Shown here in pieces: positions 49,861-63,175 of a stretch of 64,000 nt of DNA. A program made the position numbers and the translations under genes. The stretch is from Lama guanicoe (taxonomy: Eukaryota). The notes under the pieces are model-generated. The model saw only the letters and a list, made by a program, of their open reading frames with translations, searched no databases and was not told the DNA's origin. Location of the stretch: the NCBI GenBank assembly GCA_013239625.1, contig MU054212.1, forward strand, positions 1,922,001-1,986,000, read 5' to 3'. Position 1 is the first letter of the stretch. Every line of letters begins with the position of its first letter.

Positions 49861-49884
49861 GTGTGTGTGTGTGTGTGTGTGTGT
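49861..49884. repeat. (GT)12 microsatellite
   Basis: Seen directly. Confidence 0.98.
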
Positions 49885-52800
49885 AAAGAAGAGAAACCCC
49901 TAAACAGTCACTGGGCTCATTTCTTACTAAAACTGTGTCAAAATGTGCTCGAGAGTGAGGTTTCTTTTTTCCCTTTAACAGACATAAGCCAAATCCCAAA
50001 TGAATGCACTTTGAGTAATTATTCCTGCGACTCAAACCATGTGTCCACACCCAGCTGCAAAACGGCACTTAGGCAGAGCAACTCCAGTGTGTACCTGGTA
50101 GAAACACGGATGGTTTTCCTTTCACAAACGTCCCTGGCAGGTAGCCTGAGACCAGCACGTCCCGAAAGAAGCATGGAGGTTGCCTGACATTGAAATTGCA
50201 TGAAAATGTGTGTGCTACCTAGAAACAAATGCAAATGACTCGGTTAAAGAAGGAATTTAAAGTTACACCTCACTGGGTCATCTGCAGACCTTGTTTTCCA
50301 TCAGGTGGCATAATTCTTCCTCCAGACTGATTGAAATGGAAAACAAAATCTGTAAAAGCACTACATACCCTCTTAACAAAAAGAGTAAGAGGCTTTTCAG
50401 AGAGCCTCTAATCCCTCTTCCCTGCTAAATGTCTAGTTGAGATTATTTTTTGATTAGACAAAAAACATACACAGAGACACAACCTAAAAATACCTACCCT
50501 CGATGGAGGTATTTTAGCCAACAAAATAATGCTGCCTGCCTCATTTGAAAAACTAAGCATCACTCTGGGATTTTAAAAAGGGATATCTTAGCCTCTGTGA
50601 CATCCTCCCATTACAGATTCTCTCTCTCTAACAGCACGGATGAAGTGGGAGGACTTGGACGCACGGTCAACAGATATAACAATTAAATGGATACTATTTA
50701 TTTGTTTAGGTCTCAAGTGCAAGGGAATTGCATATTTTGTTATTAAAAAATAGCATGAATATTAAATAACTAGGCCCTCTGTGAAAAGGAACAGAACGTG
50801 CTTCTCTGATGGAAGGTGAATTGTTAAACGCTCGGATCCCAAAAGGAGGTGCATGTCATATTAATCCACCATAAGGTAGAAGGGGAAGGCTTTGGGGAAG
50901 CCCTAATGATGCAAGGAATATCAAGAGAAATACAAAGGAGAAGGTATAAAGCAATTTAAAAAAAGGACCAGGGCAAGCCAGTGAATGTCTTGGACAAATG
51001 ATACTGAAATCGGAAAATCAAAAATTCCTCTCATGCCAGACCTTCCATTCAGATTCTATGTGTGCAAAAGAACATTAATACTGTGGTGAAAATATATTCC
51101 ATTTGTTCTTCTGGGCCCTGAGATAAATAGTAAGTCCAGAGCCGAAAATATGTTTACAAAGAATAAAACTAATCAGAAGCATGACCCACAGCGTTACACT
51201 AAATTTTCCGTAAGCTGCAAACTTCCAAGAAGTATTTTCACAAAAGCCCATGCAGAATCGTGAACGACTGTCACCAGTAAACTCTACTCAAGAAACAGAG
51301 ATGGAAAATATTGACATTTATTATTTGACAAGAAGATTTCTTTTTTTGAACCTACACCCCCCTCTCACCTCCTAAAAAATCCATTTTAAAAATTTATATA
51401 GAGTATTCTTTTGGAATCGAACATAGAAGGGAAACTAGGAAAAATATTTGACTCTCTCTTACATGTTGCCATTATCTTCTCAACAGGAAAGCTTGTCAAT
51501 GCTATTCAGGCGCATTTAAGAATATGCTATTTAAGGTATAAGAAAATCGCTAATAATATTAGTACTTAAATCTGGAAAATATACCGATAAAGTGATCAAT
51601 ATTTTAGCTGTTATGCCTATGTTCCATTTCACATAATTAAGCACTTAAGTCTTTTATAAACCATAATCCTCCTAAAAGACCATTATTTGAAAACTGTAAG
51701 GTGAGTCCTATTGAAAACTATTAATCTATCTTTTGACACCCTTTTGAATTCACCTACACTGGTATCTACAAGAGCATCAGAAGTTCTGTTCCGGTTGGCT
51801 TTAATGACGGGTAACAACATGTGGAGCAGCCCTTCCACTGCATGTTCTCAGGATGCTGCTGACGAGTGTATGACAGAACTTGTTTACCCCTGAAAATAAC
51901 TTCAGAGTTTAAAATGTTGAACCGTCATTCTTGTCTTAGAGTTTGATAGTAGGAGACCACAAGGTCAATCAGACTTTTAAACTATTATATCACAATTATT
52001 TACAGCATTATAAAGACCCGTGAAAGGAGGATGAAATAAAACCCTCATAGTGTAAAAACATGAATAAGTAACAAAAATAGTATAAAGTAACAGCAATTGT
52101 CATTTTACTAGTAGAAAAAGATCTGCTTGATAAAGTTTAATTGGCTGGTAAAATTCTTAGTGTTATTACTAAGTGCTTATCAAATTAAAAACATAGGAGG
52201 TAACCCCAGGGGAATTGGGATAATGGGACAACGTGAATAAGTGAAAAAATGATCCTTTTAGCTGTAGCTCACATAATAAATGCAAAATCCCTGAAACACT
52301 GGCCTAGAATGACTTCAGAGATCTTTACCCAACCCGCTTTATAAAGATTTGGTGGGGAGTAAAAAATGATTACTGAATTCTTTCCATGATCTTTATGATC
52401 ACGATTATTTCCAGGCTGTTGAAACCATATATACGAAACTATTTTACGGCAATTTAAATTATTTATGTTTCCCTATCACAAAAACTCACCACTTTAGATT
52501 TTGATACAAAGATGCTTAAGCAACACACAGCAGTGCCATTACCATAATAACTTCTGAAATTAAAACCTGTCTAAAACTCTATGGAAAGCTAACATCCAGT
52601 TCATTAACCATTCCTGTTAGTTTTCAATAATGCAAAAATGATTAGAAGTTTAATTTGTTAATCACCTGTGTTTTGACTGGCGGTAGATATATAATCCTCT
52701 GCAGAAGTCTAAACTGGCCCTTGCAGAAAATAAACCGTGCTAACGCCTTACCCGGCCTAATAATAGTAATAAAAAAATCAATCATGCCTAGGTAAATCAT

Positions 52801-53569
52801 TGATGGCTGAACAATTAATTCATCTTTAACTCTGTTTAATTATATAAGCATTGATGTACACAAGGAGGAGAAAAATCTATCTGTAAGAAGGTTTAGAGCG
52901 TCACTCACCAATCATGTGATTTGCAACATGCACCTGAATATCCCATTCATTGTAGAAAACCATCTGACACTTGATGCACTGATAGGTCTTCTTCTGAGAA
53001 AACAAGTAATAACAGAATTACTTAAGACACATGCACTTTTTACTGTTTTCTTCAAAAAAAAAAAAAACACCCAACTCTACCTACTCACAGCATTTTCTTG
53101 AGACCCTAGTCTTACATGTGTTGTTAACTAAGCTTCTGCGGGGGCCACTTGGGCAAAGTTCTTTGAGCTTCTTACTATGATGTTATGGCTTGATCTCAAC
53201 ATTAAACTTAGTTGCAAACAGTTGGAAAAAAATAAAGGCGCATAATTATGGCATGATATGTTTAAAGATGCCTAAACTCAAACACAGAAGTTGGTATCAA
53301 AAAAAATACCTGCAACACCTGGCTGAGTTTCAGAAGCCGAGGTCTTTGAAGATCAGGTATACTTTCATTCTGACCAACAGAACTGTGATGTTGCGTCTAA
53401 GTATCCTTAAGCAAAATGGCCAGTAAGTTAAGATTCACAGAATCCAAATAAGAAATTTCGAGATGATAATTTTTAGCTGAAGAATGAAATTTAGATGTAG
53501 TACTAGCATTTAAATACGTATTTTCTCCTATAAAGAAATCGTATCATATTGAACATTCTAACACCATTT

Positions 53570-53742
53570 TATCATTTTACACAAAAGTCCTGTCAAGCGA
53601 ATACGGCAGGATATATTATAATTCTTGTATCATAAATAAAGAAACTGAGGTCCAAGGAAGTAGAAAAATTTGCCTAACATCACAGAGCCTTACAGCTGGG
53701 AAGAGAAAGCAGCTCTCCTGATTCTAAATGCGAGGCTCTCTG
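53570..53742 (-). mobile_element. MIR fragment
   Basis: 'taaataaagaaactgaggtccaaggaagtagaaaaatttgcctaacatcacagagc...ctctcctgattctaaat' is an antisense MIR core. Confidence 0.8.
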
Positions 53743-55249
53743 ATAAATGCAACCTTTATGATTTCACATCTTTGCTATCGTGTCCCCCACCATGGTTCAG
53801 TACCTATTAGAGAAACTCAATAAATAACGTATTGGTTCCATTTTCTAGCAGTTATATAAATGCCTTTATGATGAAACTTGGTTTTTACAATTAAAAACCA
53901 CCTTGGAAAACAAAATAAACCATTATGAAATAATCCATCTGAAACTCTCCCAAATGTGAGAAAACGACATTTCTAAAATCATACCAATGACTATTCGTTA
54001 AGGCATTCTCACAGAATTATCGTTTCATCAGCATTCCTATGAAGTTGTTTTACTAACGGTAACGACAGAAAACATCAGTCTGTAAATGACAACTAATTTT
54101 AAAGAACTCAACATCAAAGTTAAGCACAAAAATTTAGCGGCCCTTCATTAGTGATTGAAATGATAAACGCTGTTAATGTAAAATTTACTTATTGTCACTT
54201 AACGTAGTATTTGATTCTGCAGCAGAGGTTGTAAAACACAGAGGTGCAGATAGAAGCTTTCCACGTCGTCTGACGGGCTCTGTACATTAGGCACGTTGTG
54301 AATTGAGTGTGCTGGGTCTAAATCTAACACAGACTTGAAACACCCTGACAATCACCAAGGAAGATTTACTGTGCCGAGCTGTTTACAAGATGCTTTTGAT
54401 GGTGACATATAGAGCAACATGTGTTGCGTAAATAACGTCAATCCCCTTTTTCACAATATTTCCCTTTAGAACTAGTTAGAAAATATTTCTTACTCCCAGA
54501 TGACCTACATTATATATTGTTTATTAGCATACTTCTAGCATTATTCCTGATATGTGACCTTGCTGAAAAACAAAGAAACATAAACTTAATGGCTAGTCTT
54601 TTCTCTTGTTAGCACAGTAAAACATACACTATGTCGAAAACTGTCTCCAAAAATGATGACTGATGAATATGCTGGCAGAATATACTAGGACATTTTTTTC
54701 CCCTGGTCTAATAATAAAGAATAAAATCACTTGACAAGCCGAAATAATAAAACACCAGCGCTTACTATTGCCTTCAAAATGAACTGACACATTTGAAGAT
54801 CTATGTATTTAAGTTTTCTTTTATCATTGAAAGAAAACGCTTTTGTCACTACTGAAAATTTGAATACTAATTCTACTCTTAAGACAGCATCTAAAATGTT
54901 ACTTTCTATTCTTATTACCAAAGTCATATTCTTATCTGCAAGCTGCTAAATTTGGGGCTAAATGGAGTAAGAATTTAATGTGATCAAAAACAAAATACCA
55001 TGGTCCTAAAATGCTGTGGCTTAAACTTCACCTTGCCACACTTCTCACATTTCCCAAACACGAAGCAGTGATACACAGATTGGGATATGTTATGGCTTTC
55101 TTTTTAAATCCATGGTACAAAATTCATTTTTACCCTCAAATGAGTTTTTTTAAAAAGTAATTTAAAATGGCTTTTATAACATTTCTTCTTATAACTATAG
55201 GCTCTTAGCAAAATATTTGGAAGACCCCTGCCCGCCGGTCCCTCTCTTG

Positions 55250-55665
55250 CACACCATCTTTAAGTAAAGACATAAAGACGTAACCTCTGAACAGCGTTGG
55301 CCTGGGGGCAGGATGGCGGGGCTCATTCCCTTGGAGGTAAATCCATCCCAGCTCTGTACAGCTGAGTTTATGAAGGAATTCTTCCTCATTCTAGGCTCAA
55401 CTCTGCTTTTCTGATACTTTCACCCACTGGTCGTAACCTTAGGCTCTGCAGCTATAAAGAACTGGTTGAATTTCTTGTCTAATATGACAGTTACATTAAC
55501 CCCTTTGCAGACTTTCACCATCCTCGTTTTGAGCAACTTTCACCATCCTCGTTAGTTTCTTCCAAGTCAATCTTTTAATAAATAGAGCTCCCAATTAAAG
55601 TGCAGTACTCCAGGGGCGCCCTGACCTGTGCGGAGCACGGGAGGACTGTCACCTCCCTTAGGACA
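55250..55665 (-). mobile_element. L3/CR1 LINE fragment
   Basis: 'gaaggaattcttcctcattctaggctcaac...tttcacccactggtc...' and 'tgcagtactccaggggcgccctgacctgtgcggagcacgggaggactgtcacctccctt' resemble antisense CR1 ORF2. Confidence 0.6.
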
Positions 55666-56269
55666 ATGACTTCCATTTATACAGAAGACAACAACAGAAA
55701 AGTCAAGTGAGATCATTTCTTTTAAAAGTAGATAAAAGTGGAAACAGAACTTCCATTGTTTGGGCCCCAGATTGGCCTTTATCAACGCTTAAGTTGTCAA
55801 TTTACTTGAGATGCTAATTTAGTACAATTTTTAAAAGAGACTTTTTTTCATTAGCCTTTTTTAATGTGCTACTTGGGAGTGGGGTTGTCATTTCCTGATT
55901 GTTCTCTTTTGTTTTCTGATACTGATAGATGTAATTATCAACGATACAACTTTTTCCTAGCACCTCATTATTTTTGATTGATTTTGAGAACAATTTAAAT
56001 GTGCCTTTTTGACATTCTTGTTTTCAGTTATACTCTGGTTAAGGTACTCAGAGACTTTCAGAAAAGAGCATCTCATAAATTAAAAAAAGAGATTAGGATC
56101 TCTAATAATGTTATACTTTAAAAAAACCCACATTATTCTGATTAACACCCCTCCCCCCATCCACATTCCATTAGGACTTAGGCTTCACATTTAGCCTCAA
56201 CAAATTAAAAAAAAATTATACTTTGTAGTTGTAATTGCTTTGATTTTTTTTTTAAAACAAAACCCTGAG

Positions 56270-57350
56270 TATAAAACAAAATAAATAAGTCCACAGTAAT
56301 CCTCAAAAACAGAAAAGGAGTAAGATCTCAGTTGCCACCACTGAAGTGACTGTTACTTCATCTCTTGTTTCAAAAACTGGTAATTAAAGATCCAGAAGCA
56401 TCATGATTTTTTAGGAGGAAATGTAGTTCATGCCTATTTGATGAGGGGAAGCTCTTCCTTAACAAAGACTGACAGAAAGGGAGGACAAATTTAGAAATTC
56501 ATCATTTTGCAATGAAAATAAAATGGTCCAGGGTAATCACTAATGGATGCTAAAAACTACTATGAGAAAGGTTATTCTGAGATACACGATTTTCATCCTT
56601 TGAGAACAGCAAAGAGAAAGCGTTACAGTGACTTCTCTGGTGGTAATCACGGTAACCAGATTATTAGCTCACGGTTACTAGCAATGGGCAGTAGGTGTCT
56701 CTCAATGGGGTGCAATATGAAGTACAACAATACATCATAATAAAGTATTCTTATCCAAAATGTCTACCCGGATCTAATGAAGCCTTTAGATGGAACACTC
56801 CATTTTCAGGAAATGTTGGAATAGAAGGACAGGTGTTGCTTGGAGGGAAAAAAATAAGTTACACAAATCCAGAATAGTCTTCAAAACAAATCAAGAATAT
56901 TCTTGACCTGCTATCTTCAAAAAGTTAATGTTGTAAAGGGAAAAAAACTGAAGAGATTGTTCTCAAACGAAAGAGAGGAAAAAGACAACTAATAAATGCA
57001 GTGTGATGTAAATGTAACGTGTGGATTCTGATTTGGGGGAGAAAACAGCTATAAAAAGGTTTTTGAGGAAATTGGGGAAATCTGGATCTCAGCTGGTCAT
57101 TAGACGATACATACTGGGGAATTACTACTGCAAACGTTCAGATGTAATAATGGTACGGTGGTCACATGGGCAAACAGCCTTTCTGTTAGGAGATGCATGC
57201 TGAATATGTAGGTGAGAAACAGCATGATGTTAGCAATTTACTTCTAAAAGATCCAGAAAAAAAAATACAGTCATATACAGGTAAAGCAAATATGGCTAAA
57301 TGTTAACAATTATTAAGTCTAGGTGCACACTTGAATATTTTTGTAAAAAA
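56270..57350 (+). mobile_element. L1MC4/L1MC5-type LINE-1 3' region
   Basis: 'tttgatgaggggaagctcttc', 'ttagaaattcatcattttgcaa', 'aatggatgctaaaa', 'tcttcaaaaagttaatg', 'taaatgcagtgtgat...tggattctg' and 'aaagcaaatatggctaaatgttaacaat' follow the L1MC4-type 3' end in order. Confidence 0.85.
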
Positions 57351-57624
57351 AGTGGGAATAAATTAGGGTAATTCATAATATGTAGTTTTGTTAATATTAA
57401 ATGTAACCTGTTAACCCCATCCCCTCTGTTCATTTTACACTCCCACATTTGTTGCACACCAAAAATAATTTGTGCTTAGTTGTTATACATAGCTTTGCAA
57501 ACATTTTTGTATTTATTGGAGGGAGCTTTCTGTTTGTTTGTTTGGTTGGTTTTTTTAAACAAATCTAATGTATAAACCCTAAGAGGGCAGGAATCATTGC
57601 TTATATCCATTTCTGTAATAATGT

Positions 57625-57790
57625 AATAACAGTTTCTTATAGTTGCATCATTCTTTACAGTCTATAAAGAATTCATATGCGTGAAACTCACTTTCAACAA
57701 AACTGTGAGAGGAGATAAAAGAGGGGTTATTATCCTCATTCACGGATTAATTAAATGACTCATCTCAAGTCTTGAGGGTTGAGAATACCA
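57625..57790 (-). mobile_element. MIR fragment
   Basis: 'aacagtttcttatagttgcatcattctttacagtctataaagaattcat...caacaaaactgtgag...ttattatcctcatt...ttaaatgactcatctcaagtc'. Confidence 0.6.
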
Positions 57791-58084
57791 TAACCAAGGC
57801 CAACAGTCTACCCTGCCTCCCACCCACTGGGTTTTAACACAGTTTAAATTCTGATCATTCGCAGGCAAATTCACAATTCCATTTTAGGTGCATATTGAAA
57901 GAAGGCTCTCCTGAGACTGCTCAGTGCTTCGGCCTTTAACGATGCCAGCGGTGGTCTGAGACTAGCTGGAGGAACTGCTTCCAGCTGCCTCCACCGTGGG
58001 CTCCCGGTCCCAGAGCCTGGACCGAGATCCACAGGACAGAAACAGGACAGAACTGGCTCCCCAGAGCCCCTCAGTCTGCTCCAA

Positions 58085-59330
58085 GCTTTTCTTTTGCTCT
58101 CGGTATCTTGAAGTTCTATGTCACATTTTCAACTGTATATTTAAGTTTCTTTGTCCTGCTCAATACTGAAAGAACAATTTCAACCTGAGTGCACGTGTTA
58201 TCTCCAATTCTAAAAATTTTCAGTGATCATCTCTTCCGTTTTTATGTGTCTCTCACCCACTCTCCGCTCACTTCTACTGGAACTCCTGTCAGACATAGGT
58301 TGGAGCCTCCCAAACAATCCTTCATGTATTTTAACCATTTTTTTTCATGAGTATTTAAAAATTCAGTTTGTCCCCTATGTTCTGATCTAGGTGATTTTCC
58401 CTGCCCTCTAACAAACCATTGGTTCTCTCTTCACTGGCGTCCAGCCTAGAGTTTATCCTACCAGAGCTTTTATTTCAATGACTATTTGTTATTACTAATG
58501 TTTCTAATTTTAAATACAAGTGCACTTAAAATAAATTTCTTCTTGGATTTGCTCCATAATTTGTCACTCTTTTCGTCAAAATCATTCTTTCATTTATCTT
58601 TCTGAGCTTCTAAACACACTTATTTCAAAGCCTTTGTGAGAATTTCACATACTTAATTTCTTCTGGAGTGGAATCCTGATCCCATAGCAGTTGGGTTTGG
58701 TTTTGTTTGTTTGCTTTACTAGCATGAATCTAATGAATCACTGACAGATTATGGAATCTTGGTTTGAAGCCCATTTGTAGTGAAAGGTTTTTTTCTATAT
58801 ACTCATTCCTCCCTTTCCAGTAGTCTTGCCATTGCTTCTTCTAGGCCATCCCAGGCTACGAGCCAGGCTCGTCTCACAGGGCACTTCCTGTGTATCTGCT
58901 GTGCCACCGGGAAGGAGGAGACATTGCGAGTTGAATCACAGGGCCAGCATATGGCATATTCAGTGTTAAGTGACAAACTGTATCTGTCTTCCTATCCTTC
59001 CAACTCTCCAACTAAAAATAGCCTTAGATCCACGAATTGATCAACAGAATCTTTGTTTCTAGTTTCCCATCAGGAGCAATGAAGTTTCTACCCAAGCCCT
59101 GCTTTAAGTAGAGGGTCTGGCTTTGTCCCATAGATAATCAGAATCCTAGTAACCACTTTTTATTTCTGGAATAGAGTCCAGCAGACCCTCTGGCTTCAAC
59201 TCTGATAACCACTTGGTTTTTTTCATTTTAGTTCCTGGATCTCAAAGATGGAGAATTGTTTTGAACTTGACTAAATCCATTTGGTTTTCTCCTTTATATT
59301 TTGTCTATCATTGCTATATGATTGGAGCAT
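58085..59330 (-). mobile_element. Old L1M/HAL1-like fragments (ORF1/5' region)
   Basis: T-rich antisense L1/HAL1-like text ('caattctaaaaattttcagtgatcatctcttc', 'cttctactggaactcctgtcagacataggttggagcc', 'ttttatttcaatgactattt'); family assignment is tentative. Confidence 0.55.
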
Positions 59331-59494
59331 CAAAGAATGAAGTTACAAGAGCCATCTGTCAAGGACACCCCACTGCCACCAGGCTCCTCTATTTAACCAA
59401 CCCCAAATTTTGGCAGTGACTCAGTCAGGACCCCCTGAAATTAAGACGTGCACAGTGATGCTATAAAACATCCATTCCGCATATACCCAGCAGT

Positions 59495-59740
59495 CTTGGT
59501 AGGAAAGCAACTTTAGAATCTCTTTTCTGCAATTAGTTACTAGGCAGTGGCTTCATCATTCAGCTGTGTGACATATCATTTAATGACCCTGAGTCTTAGT
59601 TTCCTTCCCTGTAAATTAGAAATAATAAAACTTACATTTAGAGTTGATGTGAGAAGCAAGTAAGAACTATGTAAAAGTGCTTAGTACCATGCCTGCCCTG
59701 TAGCATGTCTGCATTAAATAGCAACTACCTTTATTACTCC
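59495..59740 (+). mobile_element. MIR SINE
   Basis: 'cagctgtgtgac...tcatttaa...cctgagtcttagtttccttccctgtaaattagaaataataa...gttgatgtgagaa...tatgtaaaagtgcttagtaccatgcctg'. Confidence 0.85.
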
Positions 59741-60464
59741 TTACTTGACAGGTTATTATGGGGGCAGAATGGAATGCCCCGTGAGCTGTACGGCACAACA
59801 AAGTTGCTTGTCAAGATTATTTCTCGCTCTTTTATGTGGACTTTAAAACCATATTGAAATTTCTTTAAACTAGAATCCACTAGCTTAGATTGTATGGCAA
59901 TTAGCAAGGGTTAAACAAATGTTTATTAAATAAAGCTTCAAAAATCAATGGCATAAAGAATGTCACAAGTTGGTGAAAAGGTCGCGGGGTGCGAAGGAAG
60001 AAGAAAGAGCATGTAAAAAGGTTCAAGCTTGTTTGGGGGGGAAAGCTGTTTTCAAGGACTATAGCAATATCCATTACATTTCCAAGAACAAATGTGTTAA
60101 TTACACATGAGACATATATTTAAGATCAGTGGCACCTTTACTTGGCAGTATTTAGTTGGCAAGCAAATGGATATTATATGTGAGTGAAAATAATGAACCT
60201 ACAGCTTTCCACAAATACTTAATACTTCAGACATTTTACTAATTTAGTTTGGTTATTTTCCAAGTAATTCTGAATTTGTGTGAAAGTCACTGAAGGGAGG
60301 GGGAAAAATGGGTGAAATGAAATAAATCTACCAATGATGAAAACCTCACCCAAATAATTCACTAAAAAATGCCAGTGTCAATTTTCTATCGTGTGTTCTC
60401 ATGGTGGTTGAAAGAAAGACACATTGTCTTACAGGTGTCATTCATGTCCAGAGATTAAAGACTA

Positions 60465-60900
60465 TATAGCACTTTACACAATGTCTGGCATGTGCTAAAA
60501 CACTCAGGAACCGAGAGATACTAAACATAATTCCTAAAATCAACGAGGAAAGAGCTCACACAAAGATTAAACTGTTATAACTATTTTGCTTACATAACAT
60601 GGTAAAGCAATTCAGGACCGAGTGCCAGTGGTGTCAGCACAGAGAAGACAGTGAAGATGTACTACATAGGGACAGATGAATATGGTCTACAAAAGTCAGG
60701 AAAAGAGAAGAAAAGAGGGAGAGAAGAGACCTGCTCTGAAGTCCAAAATGGAAATAACCTCCTTGAGCTCAAAACCAAGTTACAAAGTGTCTACTACATG
60801 CCAGGCAAGTCACAGTCTGGTGGGGGTATTTGGCAGAATGAGGAAGGTAATTCAGAACAGAAGAGGGGCTAAAGAAGATTGCTCTGGAAAGGAAAAAGAA
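60465..60900 (-). mobile_element. L2 fragment
   Basis: 'agcactttacacaatgtctggcatgtgctaaaacactcagga...cagcacagagaag' followed by purine-rich sequence resembles an antisense L2 3' region. Confidence 0.45.
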
Positions 60901-62489
60901 AGAGACAAAAACCTAGTCAGAAAGAATCGGAAAAAGATTTTTGTTTTAAGTGACTAAAGTTGCCATTTTTTTCTTTTAATTATAGACAAATTTTGCACAG
61001 GCCTATATGGTATAAGAAAAGAAAAATACTTATTTAAGCAGATTTATTTTTACAAATAAAATCCAAAACTCCACAAAGATATAAATATAAGCTACCATTA
61101 ACTCTGAAATCAAAGGGTTAAAAAAAAAAAAAAGCAAAGCCTTTTTTTTTTCCAACTTTTCTTGGGTTCTTTTTGAATATTAGATAAAAACAGCATCAAA
61201 ATACCTTATTTTCAAAGGTTTACATTTAAATTGAATTGTCTCCTAACAAATTTCCCTCAAAATTTGTCTTTTATGTCCTTGAACTTGATGTTTAATATTA
61301 AAAACTAGATTTAAGGTCAAGCTTCCCTTGGTGAGAGATGCTTTATTAGGCTTACTTTTTCATCCCCAGTCCTCAGATTTCTCCTGATTCAGATACTGGA
61401 GTCTCTTCCAAGGGACCTGGCTTATCCGTCCTACTAGGAGAGCTTCGTCTAATGATCTCATTTAACGTGATGGATTCAGTTGCTGTTCACTTTTATGCCT
61501 TTGCAAATTCAGCTGAACCAATTTCTTATTCTGTTGTCCGTAAAGTGAAGAGTCAATACACTTTGTTTATTGACTGTCCAATGGACAAGCTCAAGAGGCA
61601 TCCCACATTCGTCACCTTCATTCCTAAAGTACTACGTGGGACTTGCCTATTTCAGCCTGCACATTTCTCTTCCACCGTACATTGCACCAGAATTAGTAAA
61701 TTGGAAGAGGCCAACACAGACTACACTGGTGCTGTCGCCAGTGTATGTCCTGATTCTTTTTGAGTTAGGCAGGGAATTTGCCCCGAGTTATCCAGGGCTA
61801 TCATGTTTTGCCAGTTCCTAGTATGAAGGGATTTATCACTCCCAGCAGTTAACTTCCTGTACTGACTGTTTCATAAACATTCATATCATTTCAAGAAACC
61901 TAAGAAATTGGAAGTGGGTACATAGTAGTTTAAATAATGAGTCTTTTATAAACATAAATCTGAGGAGGAAAAGAAGAAACAAAAAATTGTGCCTCATATC
62001 AAACTAGGGTCTATTTTCCTCATCAGTTATTCCAACCATATACTGATTGTTTTCACCTTAAAAATCTGAAACTCCCTTTTGTCTCACTTTTGTTAAAATA
62101 AAGAGGTGTGGCTGGTAGACACTGGAGATAAACAGTGGGACAGATGAAGAAGTAGGAACGTTAAGTACAATGCTGCAGCACCACTGAATTGTACCACATG
62201 CCCATGGAGGGCCAATGACAAAGGTTGGTAATACAATTTGCCATCCCACCATAGACCAGGGGAAAGTTCTGTGAGAGAGTAGAATATTTTAGAATCCATT
62301 AAGACATATTTTCTTAAGTATGTAACTTTTGCCCTAAAAGCAAGTTGGGCAAAGTACCGTTTACTAGAGACTCCTTGTAAGTATCAAAGGCTGACACGGA
62401 GAGGAGTTTTATTTAACATTAAATCATAAAAGTTTCCTTTTGATTCCCTTATAATTCATTGCATGTTGTATCAGAATTATTTCGATAAA

Positions 62490-63175
62490 ACTGGTTTATC
62501 TCTAAAGGGCTGTAGAGGAAGGGAGAGGGCTCTGTCTTCCCCATCTGGTATCTATGCAATACCTAAATATTTACACACAATCAGTTAATGTGTGAATGAT
62601 TCATACCTGTTCACTGTAAAATAAAAACCTTTGCTTCCTTCCACTTCTCTTTAGATGAAGGCTCCTGCAGTGTCACAGTGATTCTCCTTTGTTTATATTC
62701 CTAATCTATCCTTCCAGCTATTCTTCTGGAAAAGGCATACTTCACATCCTGGCAGTTCTTGTCTTATCTACAGAACATCCTCCCTCTTATTTGGGTGGTT
62801 TCAGCTACCCTGTATGTGCCCAGATTACCTGGTCCTTTATCACTCATCTCCACTGAGGTATTTACCTCCTGCCCTCCTACTCCCAGCAGTTCTTTTTTGT
62901 TGCTTCTCTCTTTCTCCCCATTTTCATTTCGGGTTCCGCCTTCACTTGTCCGTCCCTTCCACTCAAACAGCTTTCCTACTGAAGCATGTCACACCACCCT
63001 TCTCTTCTTCAAATTGCTTCCCAACCCCCCCTGCTCCATAAAGCTTGTGAGCAATTACACCCACACAGCACCGTGGTGTTTACTTTTCAATTCTTGCTGT
63101 TTGTACTCTTCAACAGTAAGTTTCTGAGGGTAGAGGTCTGTTTCCTTGACTCTACCTATTACAAAGCATACTGTT
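62490..63175 (+). mobile_element. L2 fragments
   Basis: L2-like 3' ends ('gagggctctgtcttccccatctggtatct...taatgtgtgaatga'; 'gtaagtttctgagggtagaggtctgtttc') separated by pyrimidine-rich L2-like sequence. Confidence 0.5.

Noticed and set aside
49655..50187. 137-aa and 144-aa ORFs
   Set aside because: They run through a (GT)12 microsatellite, have no recognisable similarity and overlap on opposite strands.
19086..55553. Short direct repeats (19086, 21313, 55511) as CRISPR-like arrays
   Set aside because: Only two units each, no regular spacers, and the context is eukaryotic.
61120..61151. A14...T10 inverted homopolymer hairpin resembling a terminator
   Set aside because: Low-complexity A/T tracts are common in mammalian DNA and there is no GC stem.
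61596..61715. H/ACA snoRNA or pre-miRNA in the hairpin cluster
   Set aside because: The only H-box candidate overlaps a stem, no ACA follows the second hairpin, and the stems are too short for a pre-miRNA.
61452..61763. 103-aa ORF as a possible retrocopy or endogenous viral element
   Set aside because: No recognisable domain, no poly(A)/TSD, and the minus-strand frames I translated contain stops; kept only as the hairpin finding.
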